In this document: positions 8,995 through 16,497 of the stretch, one piece after another
Layout of the letters: each line of letters starts with the position of its first letter
Position numbering within the stretch: position 1 is the stretch's first letter
NCBI GenBank assembly: GCA_965242685.1
Contig: OZ251487.1
Location: 93,591 to 157,590, forward strand
From: Gammaproteobacteria bacterium
GTDB lineage: Bacteria; Pseudomonadota; Gammaproteobacteria; UBA4575
Direction of reading: 5' to 3'
DNA length: 64,000 nt
The notes under the pieces: generated by a model
Told to the model about the DNA's origin: nothing
Seen by the model: only the letters and a program-made list of their open reading frames with translations
Database searches by the model: none
Program-made: the position numbers and the translations under genes

Positions 8995-11235
8995 ATGAAA
9001 ACTCTGGCTATGGGAATGGTGGTGTTCACCGCCACAATATTGTTCAGTTGTGGCGGCGGGGGCGGCGGCGGGGGCGACGGGCCAAACCCTTGTACCGGCA
9101 TCAGGGTCTTCGACGGCTGCCTCTCGCGGCAGGAGTTTGCGGGACGCCAAGCCCCCATCGCCCGTGCGCGCCTTGCAGGCTCCGAGTTTCAGGCGCAATG
9201 GGGCCTGGAGACGATCAACGCACACCGGGCACATGCGGCCCTGGAAGCGAAATATGGCAGGCGGGTAAGGCCTGGGACAGGGGTTACCGTCGGCTTCCTG
9301 GATGATGGTATTGATCGTAATCACCCTGAATTCAGCGGCGTAGCGATCACCGAAACGATCATACAATCGGGAGGCAGTCGCTCACATGGTACTTCGGTTG
9401 CCAGCGTTATTGCCGCACAATCCAACGGCCGGGGCTTTGTCGGTGTCGCACCGGGGGCCGCCATCGAGATGGGGGCGATCAGCTTCGGGATTGCCCCCAC
9501 GTATTATACGCCGATTTCACTGACAAACCTTGCCGCCGCCGATGCAGGCTTTGAAAGAAACTTAAAGACTATGTTTGCTCGTGACGTTGATATTTTGAAT
9601 CTCAGCATTGGGTACTCGGGAATCATAGAGAATTATAGTGAGGGAGACCTTCGCACGTATTTTCCAAAAACGATTGCCGCCCAAGCACAGGCCGGTGCCG
9701 GAGAAAAACGCATCCTGGTCTGGGCTGCCGGTAATCATAATAATGCACTTTGCACGTCGGGCACACCTAATTGCAGCAGCGGCGGGTATATCACTGCAAG
9801 CTCGCCCTCTATAACCGCCGGGTTGGCCGCAAGAATTAGCGAATTGGCTTCGCACTCCATCGCCGTCGTAGCCTTAAATCAAGCCGGCACGATTGCCGGT
9901 TTCTCCAACCGTTGCGGGATTGCACAGAATATCTGCATTGCGGCCCCTGGCGTTGATATTGTGGCTGCCGAGGCCGGAAGTACCGGGTCTAGAACAGTAA
10001 ATGGCACGTCTTTTTCTGCCCCGATGGTAGCGGGCGGCCTAGCCTTGATGAAGCACTTTTTCCGTGGCCAACTCTCAAACACGGAACTGGTTACCCGGCT
10101 TTACGCAACCGCCAACAAAACCGGTATATACAGTAACCGAAGCATCTACGGGCAAGGGCTGATGGATCTCGGCGCCGCCGTCTCTCCCGTGGGCGGTACC
10201 TCGATCACCACGGGCACTCGAGTCGGGGACGCCGGCCACTTCACCCAAATTACCCACTTAACAACGGGGAGCGCCTTCGGCGACGGCCTGTCACGCGCCT
10301 TGGCCGACCGCGAAATTGTGGCGTTTGACTCGTTGGGAAGCCCGTTCTGGTTTGACCTCCCCGCCTTTACCCAAAATCGCACCCCTTCACTGATGAAGCG
10401 GCTCGATGACCTGATGACCCGTAATGAAGACCCGCAACCATGGGCTACACACGAGATACCGCCGGCAGCCGGGATCTATGGCGATCCCCGCAATCGGGGC
10501 ACATACAGGATCAGTCTTTACGAACGTCCGGTCGCGGCCGAAAGCAGCGCATTCAACCTTGCCGAGCAGGTTGTAGCATTTACCTCCAAGGTGCCAAGCG
10601 GCTTTGAAACTATGGTATTCACCACCGCCGGCCTCACTGGCAACAACAACCCCAAGACGGGCGCCATAGCGGCTTGGAGACCCTCGAACGTGCCGTTCGG
10701 AATTCGCCTCGGTTGGCTTGGAGAACGAGAGGCAGTACTGGATTCCATGGCTGACGGGGCATTCGGTCGGTTATCGGGCGACAGCTTCGTGACCGGCCTT
10801 GAAATGAATACCGAATTCAAGGGCTGGCGGCTGGCCGTCGACGCCGAGGTCGGCCTGGTCACATCGGATACATCAGGGGGCGTCATCGCCGACCTGTCGG
10901 ACATGGTGACCAGCGCGTTTTCACTGCGCGCCCATCGGCACTTGACGAGCAGGGACAGGCTCACGTTCTCGCTATCGCAACCGCTGCGGATAGAACGCGG
11001 CTCTGCCGAGCTTGTGTTGCCGGTCGGTCGCACCAAAGACGGCAAAGTACTGCATGAACAGGTCTCTGCACGCCTGACGCCATCCAGCAGACAGATCGAT
11101 CTATCCGTGCGTTGGCAACGGATGAAACTATTCAACGGCAGACTTCGCGCCGAGATCACCGCCTCGCGCAATCCGGGGCACATGGACAAGGGCACCGAGT
11201 TCAGCCTGCTGGCGGGTTGGGAAGCTGCCTTCTAA
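8995..11235 (+). CDS. S8 (subtilisin-like) serine protease lipoprotein with C-terminal autotransporter beta-barrel (NalP-like)
   Basis: Lipobox LFSC followed by a Gly8 linker. Catalytic motifs DDGID, HGTSVAS, GTSFSAPMVAG and AAGNHN. The C-terminal ~300 aa are beta-strand-rich and end in an aromatic residue (...LLAGWEAAF). Start taken at the ATG at 8995 (MKTLAMGMVVF). Confidence 0.8.
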   Translation: MKTLAMGMVVFTATILFSCGGGGGGGGDGPNPCTGIRVFDGCLSRQEFAGRQAPIARARLAGSEFQAQWGLETINAHRAHAALEAKYGRRVRPGTGVTVGFLDDGIDRNHPEFSGVAITETIIQSGGSRSHGTSVASVIAAQSNGRGFVGVAPGAAIEMGAISFGIAPTYYTPISLTNLAAADAGFERNLKTMFARDVDILNLSIGYSGIIENYSEGDLRTYFPKTIAAQAQAGAGEKRILVWAAGNHNNALCTSGTPNCSSGGYITASSPSITAGLAARISELASHSIAVVALNQAGTIAGFSNRCGIAQNICIAAPGVDIVAAEAGSTGSRTVNGTSFSAPMVAGGLALMKHFFRGQLSNTELVTRLYATANKTGIYSNRSIYGQGLMDLGAAVSPVGGTSITTGTRVGDAGHFTQITHLTTGSAFGDGLSRALADREIVAFDSLGSPFWFDLPAFTQNRTPSLMKRLDDLMTRNEDPQPWATHEIPPAAGIYGDPRNRGTYRISLYERPVAAESSAFNLAEQVVAFTSKVPSGFETMVFTTAGLTGNNNPKTGAIAAWRPSNVPFGIRLGWLGEREAVLDSMADGAFGRLSGDSFVTGLEMNTEFKGWRLAVDAEVGLVTSDTSGGVIADLSDMVTSAFSLRAHRHLTSRDRLTFSLSQPLRIERGSAELVLPVGRTKDGKVLHEQVSARLTPSSRQIDLSVRWQRMKLFNGRLRAEITASRNPGHMDKGTEFSLLAGWEAAF

Positions 11236-11449
11236 GATCATTCCGATATCCCTTAAGTAAGACACCGAAGATACAAAATGCCGATCAAACCCATATTCCT
11301 TGTTGGCATTTTTATGCTATTTCGTCTACCTGAAAGCAGATCCTCTAGTCCATTCTGGCATTTCAATGCTATTTCGTTTACCATGAAAAAGTGACGGTAC
11401 ACGTACACGACAAAAAACAGGCATAGAGGGGAAATAGGCAGAGGGAACA

Positions 11450-11845
11450 ATGGGCATTACAGAATTGATAGATAAATATGGCGAGGCGGGCGTAGTGTTT
11501 GGCTTTGTGCTGACTTGGATTATTTTCAGTTTCCAAATTAGAGGTATGAAAGGCCGAATTGATGGTATAGAAACCAACATCAATACCCGAATTGATGGTA
11601 TAGAAACCAATATCAATACCCGAATTGATGGTATGGAAACCAATATCAATACAAAGATGGAAGCCATCAACAAAAGCATTGAGAAACACGACACAGAGCA
11701 ACGGGAATTACGTGGTTTAGTGGTGGGCGTAATCCAAAGTATAGGCGACATCAAACAAAGCATAGGCGGGCTTGAAAAAATGATGGCAAGCCAACAACCC
11801 CAGACCGACAGCACACCGGCCGCCGCCACAGCACAGGGCAAATAA
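11450..11845 (+). CDS. small membrane-anchored coiled-coil protein with three 11-aa (33-bp) tandem repeats RIDGIETNINT
   Basis: 131 aa with an N-terminal TM helix (VVFGFVLTWIIFSF). The hendecad repeats are encoded at 11555-11653. Strand is chosen on plausibility; the antisense ORF 11326..11841 looks like a repeat artefact. Confidence 0.4.
   Translation: MGITELIDKYGEAGVVFGFVLTWIIFSFQIRGMKGRIDGIETNINTRIDGIETNINTRIDGMETNINTKMEAINKSIEKHDTEQRELRGLVVGVIQSIGDIKQSIGGLEKMMASQQPQTDSTPAAATAQGK
11555..11653 (+). repeat. 3 x 33-bp tandem repeat (cgaattgatggtatagaaaccaaYatcaataccc)
   Basis: Direct inspection; in-frame within the small CDS. Confidence 0.8.
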
Positions 11846-12101
11846 GTTCCGTTTCTCCCTTCTAATCCGTCCGGATAAATCAGAGCAATACTGAAAACCT
11901 TCGCCGCGGACCGGCCTCGCCCGAGCAGAATCGCGGATTGGTTTTTAGGCGTTCAATATCTGGCAAATTTCGGAGACAAATTTACCCTTTTAGAAATATA
12001 TCCTTCCCGCGAAACAGGGTTCTACCACCCGCAACGGCGGTTGATTTCCAGATCAGGGTAGAACGCGGGTCTGGTTTTTAGGCGTTCAATAGCTAGTGAT
12101 T
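11846..12101. repeat. module-flanking intergenic repeat block (family copy A)
   Basis: Contains tgatttccagatcagggtagaacgcgggtctggtttttaggcgttcaat units and the ggagacaaatttacccttttagaaatatatccttcccgcgaaacagggttctaccacccgcaacgg segment. Both recur at 16138-16497 and 19649-20031. Confidence 0.7.
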
Positions 12102-15100
12102 TCACCACCTGATCACGGCCTGTACGCCGATGCCGTGTTCGGTATCCTCGTCATCGTATTCGAGGCGTTCGCCTTCCAGTTTTAAGGTCAAGGCTTCGGT
12201 AAACTTGTACTCGCTCCCCAGTCGGTAGTGACGCCCTTCGTCCCGCACCCGCAGCCCCAGGTACGGCGTCAGCAGCCCCCGCCTGTGATACAACCCGTAC
12301 CCCAATTCGGTCTCCAACTGCAACGCGGTGTCGGCGGCCTCGTCCTCGTCCTTCAACGCCAGTCCCCGCTCCCACAGTGCGCCGATGCCGCCGCCGGTGG
12401 TGCCCCAACTCGGGATGACGCTAAATCGCAGCCCCCGCCCGTTGGCCGCCGGCAACCATTCCAAAGCCCCGCCAAGCCCCCATTCGTCCAAGTCCCCGCT
12501 ATGCGTCACCAGGTAGCGCCCGTGCGTGCGAAGGCGCAGCCCGCCGTTGCTATAACCAACATCCCCGCCGATCTCGACGCCACTGCCGGTCTCGCCGTCG
12601 CCGCCGTCATAGCGTACCCCCAGCTCCAGGCTCGAGGTCAGGATCGCGCCCGTCTCCAGCACCTGACGACGGCTGCCCTCGGCGGCCAGCCGCAGTCGGT
12701 GGGTGTCGATGGTTATGCCGTCTATACGGTCGCCGTTGTCGTCGATGCGCCACCGCGTGGTCTGTCCCTCGCCCCGAATGGCGATCTTCAGATCATCGCG
12801 TTCATAGACCCGCATACTGCCCCCCGCCGACAAGGTCTTGAGGGTGCTGTCGCTGCGTTGTTTCTCATCGAGATCCTCGTCGTCGATGGTGATCTCGCCC
12901 TCGCCGTAGCCCACCGTCGCCCACATCCGGCTGCCGTCTTCGCCGCTCCAGCCAAGGTACGGATGAATGCTCACCATCTCGCTCTCGTGATCGCCCTTGA
13001 TCGTCTCGCCTTCGCTACTATCTTTATAGTCGATGTCGCTCTCAAACCAGGATACGCTCACGCCGGCGGTCTTGTTTGTGCCCCATTCGGTATCGATCCC
13101 CAAGTGCCACGAGAAGGCATCGCCGTCCCAATCCAGCCAGCCGGTGTCTAACGCCAGATCGCGCCAGTCGCCCGCCCCCCACAAGGTCAGGTTGTTGCCG
13201 AAGGTATCGGCGCCGTTCAACGGCAGCGCAAAGTTTTGTCCGCTCAACGCCTGGCGCCATTTGAAGGTGCCGTCTTCCAATGATTGGGCGTTGCCTTGGA
13301 TTACATTCCCGAACGAGGAGGTCGGCGCCCGCGAACCGCCCCCCGCTCCTTCCAGTCGTTCGCGGATCGCCCGACCCACGCTGTCGGTCAACGCCCGCGC
13401 CAGCTCCGGTACGATCGATTCGTTGATGCGCCGCAGACGCGCCCGTTCCTTGTCCCGCGAGTTCTCGACGGTGATCGCAAACGTCATCATCGCCGTGCCG
13501 CCCACCACTTCCCAGGTGTAGTCGGTCGCCACTTGTTCTTCCGTCGGCGTGCCGCTGATGGTGCGCGTGCCCGCATTCAAACTCAGCCCCACCGGCAAGG
13601 CCGGGCTTAGGGTGTAGTCGACATCGCCGTCCACCAACTCCGGCAGGATCAACGCCGTGATCGGGGTGTTGACGGTATACACTTGATCGGGTATATCGAC
13701 ATAGCCCACCCCAAAGGCTGAAAACACACTCACGGTCGCGCATATCAAGTCGCTCCCGCCCGGATTGGTGCGCAAGGTCGTACCGCTCACGGCCTCCCAT
13801 TCGCCGCGCCCTTCGTCGTAGTGCAACAGCAACAGGGGACGCCCGGTCGCCGCCGTCTCCAGCTCGGCGCTATACGGCAGACAGATCTCTAGCCCGCCAC
13901 TCGGCACGGGGGCGACATCGATGTCGACCACGGTGCCATCGCCCAAGGTGTAGGTGCTGCCGGTCAACGGCACATTCGATGACACCCGACTCAGGGTGAT
14001 CGCCAAATCCTGGCCCAAGGCGGCCGGCGGCGCCACTTCCACCTCTTCGTCCACGCCCTCGGATACCGTCACGGTGACCGCCTGGCCGTTGATCTCGTAG
14101 TTGGTGGTGCCCGCTCTGTGCATGGCGATGCGCCGGTCGGCGCTGCCGCCTTGTACGGTGATGACCACGGCATCCGCCTGCGTGTCTTCGTAGCCGCTGC
14201 CGGTGCCGCTTACGGTGTGACCGATGGTCACGCCCCCCTTGGCGTAGTCGTCGTTGTCGGTCGCCACCGTCGCCGTCACCGTCACCGCGCCGTTCCAGTT
14301 GCCCGTCCCGAACGTGACGCTGCTTACATCGGGGGTGACGGCGGCATCGCCGCTCGTCAGGGTCAGCGTGACATTGGCCGCCGGCTCGGCGTCCAGCACC
14401 ACCGTATAGGTGCCGCTGCCCCCTTCGGCGATGGTCAGTTCGGTCGGCGTCACGGTCACGCCCTTGGTGTCGTCATCGACGGTGCGCACCGCCACGTCTC
14501 GTTGACTCAGCGCGGTGTAGACGCTGTCGCTGCCGGTCGGACTCGCCAACCGCACCGCATAGTCTTGATCGCCATCGTCCACAAAGTCGTCGACGCCGGT
14601 CAGCGTCACCGTCTGCGTACTGTTCCAGTTACTGGCCGTAAACGTCAGACTGGCCGGACTCACCGTCCCCTCGCTGGTGTCGGTGCTGCTCAACGCGATC
14701 ACCACGTTGGCGGTCGGCTCGCTGTCCAGCTCGACATCGAAGGTCGCGGTGCGGCTTGCGCCCGTCGCCTCGGTCACCGTCTCGCGCGGCGTACCCGCGC
14801 CCAAGTCGCTCAGCGTAATGCCGGCCGTGTCATCGTCGGTGGTGGTGACCCCCACGTCAACGTTGGCCAGACCGTTGTAGTTGGCGTCCGCGGTGCTCGC
14901 CGGATCAAGGGTGATGTCGTAGTTCTGATCGCCATCGTCAATGCTATCGTTCGCCCCGGTCACCGTCACCGTCTGATCGCTGTTCCAGTTAGAGGGCGTG
15001 AACGTCATACTGCTCGGACTGACCGTACCTTCGCCAGTGTCGGTGCTGCTGACCGCCACCGTTACGTTGGCCGTCGGCTGGGTGTTGAGTTTGACGGTGA

Positions 15101-15722
15101 ACGTCGAGGTGACCCCCGCCTCGGTCGCCTGGCCGGTGACCGCGCCGACGCCGAGGGTAGGCGACTCGTCGTCCAGGATCGTCAGCGTGGCGGTCGTGAC
15201 GGCGGTATGACCTTTTTCCCAATAAAAAGATGTATCACCTGCATCGTCACCAGGAAACTCCGCCGACACCGTCACCGTCCGGGTGCCGTCCACGTTTCCG
15301 TTGTCGGGAATCATGAGCGTCACCACCCCGTTCTCGGGCCGCGTAAGAGTGATTGTACCGGCGTTAGGTCTGTTATACCTCAGCCGCACATTGGTGCTCA
15401 GCGAGGCGCCGCCGGCGTTGGTGGGAGTCGATACGACAATATCAAAATATGCAAGGGCATTTAGGTGCGATGCTTTCGGATTGTATTGGCAATTGTGAAT
15501 CGTCCCGGTGCAAAGGATGTTAACGGGGACGGTCGCCGCCTGGCCCTCGGTGACGGTAAGCGAACTGGCGCGTTCCGCGCCCAACTCTATCCTGAAACTA
15601 TGGTGCTGGCCGGAGCCGGCATGCGCCCCCGCCGTACCCGCCGTCAGCAGTAGCGGTGCGGCCACAGAAACGCCGGCCAAAAGTCGGCGTACAAGGCGAT
15701 TGCGGAAAAGGCCAAGCACCAT
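12102..15722 (-). CDS. giant surface protein: signal peptide, tandem ~100-aa beta-sandwich (Calx-beta/cadherin-like) repeats, C-terminal autotransporter-type beta-barrel
   Basis: 1206 aa. Signal peptide LLAGVSVAAPLLLTAGTAGAHA. Repeated TANVTV..SSTDT.EGTVSP.S.TFT.SNWN..QTVTVTG.DD..DDGDQ.Y units. C-terminus ...GIGVQAVIRW. Paralogous to 16498..19164 and 20032..22353. Confidence 0.8.
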   Translation of the reverse strand: MVLGLFRNRLVRRLLAGVSVAAPLLLTAGTAGAHAGSGQHHSFRIELGAERASSLTVTEGQAATVPVNILCTGTIHNCQYNPKASHLNALAYFDIVVSTPTNAGGASLSTNVRLRYNRPNAGTITLTRPENGVVTLMIPDNGNVDGTRTVTVSAEFPGDDAGDTSFYWEKGHTAVTTATLTILDDESPTLGVGAVTGQATEAGVTSTFTVKLNTQPTANVTVAVSSTDTGEGTVSPSSMTFTPSNWNSDQTVTVTGANDSIDDGDQNYDITLDPASTADANYNGLANVDVGVTTTDDDTAGITLSDLGAGTPRETVTEATGASRTATFDVELDSEPTANVVIALSSTDTSEGTVSPASLTFTASNWNSTQTVTLTGVDDFVDDGDQDYAVRLASPTGSDSVYTALSQRDVAVRTVDDDTKGVTVTPTELTIAEGGSGTYTVVLDAEPAANVTLTLTSGDAAVTPDVSSVTFGTGNWNGAVTVTATVATDNDDYAKGGVTIGHTVSGTGSGYEDTQADAVVITVQGGSADRRIAMHRAGTTNYEINGQAVTVTVSEGVDEEVEVAPPAALGQDLAITLSRVSSNVPLTGSTYTLGDGTVVDIDVAPVPSGGLEICLPYSAELETAATGRPLLLLHYDEGRGEWEAVSGTTLRTNPGGSDLICATVSVFSAFGVGYVDIPDQVYTVNTPITALILPELVDGDVDYTLSPALPVGLSLNAGTRTISGTPTEEQVATDYTWEVVGGTAMMTFAITVENSRDKERARLRRINESIVPELARALTDSVGRAIRERLEGAGGGSRAPTSSFGNVIQGNAQSLEDGTFKWRQALSGQNFALPLNGADTFGNNLTLWGAGDWRDLALDTGWLDWDGDAFSWHLGIDTEWGTNKTAGVSVSWFESDIDYKDSSEGETIKGDHESEMVSIHPYLGWSGEDGSRMWATVGYGEGEITIDDEDLDEKQRSDSTLKTLSAGGSMRVYERDDLKIAIRGEGQTTRWRIDDNGDRIDGITIDTHRLRLAAEGSRRQVLETGAILTSSLELGVRYDGGDGETGSGVEIGGDVGYSNGGLRLRTHGRYLVTHSGDLDEWGLGGALEWLPAANGRGLRFSVIPSWGTTGGGIGALWERGLALKDEDEAADTALQLETELGYGLYHRRGLLTPYLGLRVRDEGRHYRLGSEYKFTEALTLKLEGERLEYDDEDTEHGIGVQAVIRW

Positions 15723-15741
15723 TGTACCTATGGTAAATCGC

Positions 15742-15755
15742 GGGGGGGGGGGGGG
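15742..15755. repeat. homopolymeric G14 tract (C14 on the coding strand), 19 nt upstream of the giant-protein start
   Basis: Counted directly. Conserved flanks aaatcgc-Gn-atattg are shared with the tracts at 19230 and 22419. Confidence 0.9.
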
Positions 15756-15780
15756 ATATTGGCATGATCATCCTAACTTT

Positions 15781-16137
15781 TCAGAAAAACAGGAGTTTGC
15801 CCACTATTAGCAGGGTAAGGCCCAAGTTCAACCCGATTGCCCATTGAAGCCAGGTCTGACCGATTTGGAGTTTGTCAATATCTGCCTTAAGCTCTTGTTT
15901 CAGTGCTTTATTATCTGCCTTAAGCTCTTGTCTCAGTGCTTTATTATCCGCCTTAAGCTCTTGTCTCAGTGCTTTATTATCCGCCTTAAGCTCTTGTCTC
16001 AGTGCTTCAAGATCTGTCTTGGTGGCTACTTCCGCGTCGGGGTGTTTGAACGTATCCACAATCACCCGCGCCTGCGCCTCCGGCATGTCGGCGGCGGTCA
16101 ATTTCCTGATGGCCTCGGCGGTGTCTATTGCATACAT
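15781..16137 (-). CDS. DUF1640-like tail-anchored coiled-coil protein (paralog A; 4 copies of the 33-bp repeat)
   Basis: 118 aa. Conserved N-domain MYAIDTAEAIRKLTAADMPEAQARVIVDTFKHPDAEVATKTD, then LRQELKADNKA hendecad repeats and a C-terminal TM helix (WAIGLNLGLTLLIVGKLLFF). Family assignment is from memory. Confidence 0.55.
   Translation of the reverse strand: MYAIDTAEAIRKLTAADMPEAQARVIVDTFKHPDAEVATKTDLEALRQELKADNKALRQELKADNKALRQELKADNKALKQELKADIDKLQIGQTWLQWAIGLNLGLTLLIVGKLLFF
15883..16014. repeat. 4 x 33-bp tandem repeat (gccttaagctcttgtYtcagtgctttattatcY)
   Basis: Direct inspection; encodes KALRQELKADN on the minus strand. Confidence 0.85.
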
Positions 16138-16497
16138 GGCTTTATCCTAAACGCCCACATCATAGCGAAGTTCAAGCGTCATTGGAATAAGCCACTATAT
16201 CCTAGATTATTCCCAAAGATAAATAGAGTGCCTAGTTGATCTCGACAGGGCGGTTTCTAGGCTTTCAATATCTGGTGATTTTCGATTTTCGGCGGTTAAA
16301 AATACCGCCTACAAGGGAGATAAAATCACCCTTTTAGGAATATATCCTTCCCGGAAATAGGGTTCTACCACCCGCAACGGCTGGTGGTTTTTTGATCAGA
16401 GTAGAATTGTAGATTGGTTATCTAGGCGTGCTATATACTGTTGATTCCAGATCAGAAGGCCGTAGATCGGTTTTTAGGCGTTCGATGGCGGGTGATT
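16138..16497. repeat. module-flanking intergenic repeat block (family copy B), including a hairpin + T6 terminator-like element
   Basis: accacc-N10-ggtggt followed by tttttt, and ccagatcag...gatcggtttttagg units. Homologous to blocks A and C. Confidence 0.65.

Noticed and set aside
9050-9080. G-rich stretch in the subtilase gene as a homopolymeric switch
   Set aside because: It is a ggcggcggggg x2 microrepeat encoding the Gly8 linker, not a pure homopolymer. Slippage is possible but there is no evidence for it.
15844-16239. Plus-strand ORFs over the 33-bp repeats (MKPGLTDLEFVNICLKLL... / MSISALSSCFSALLSALSSC...); similar ones at 19350-19702 and 22862-23293
   Set aside because: Low-complexity translations of the repeat on the wrong strand. 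The minus-strand frames have conserved N-domains, stops and TM helices, and are co-oriented with the giant genes.
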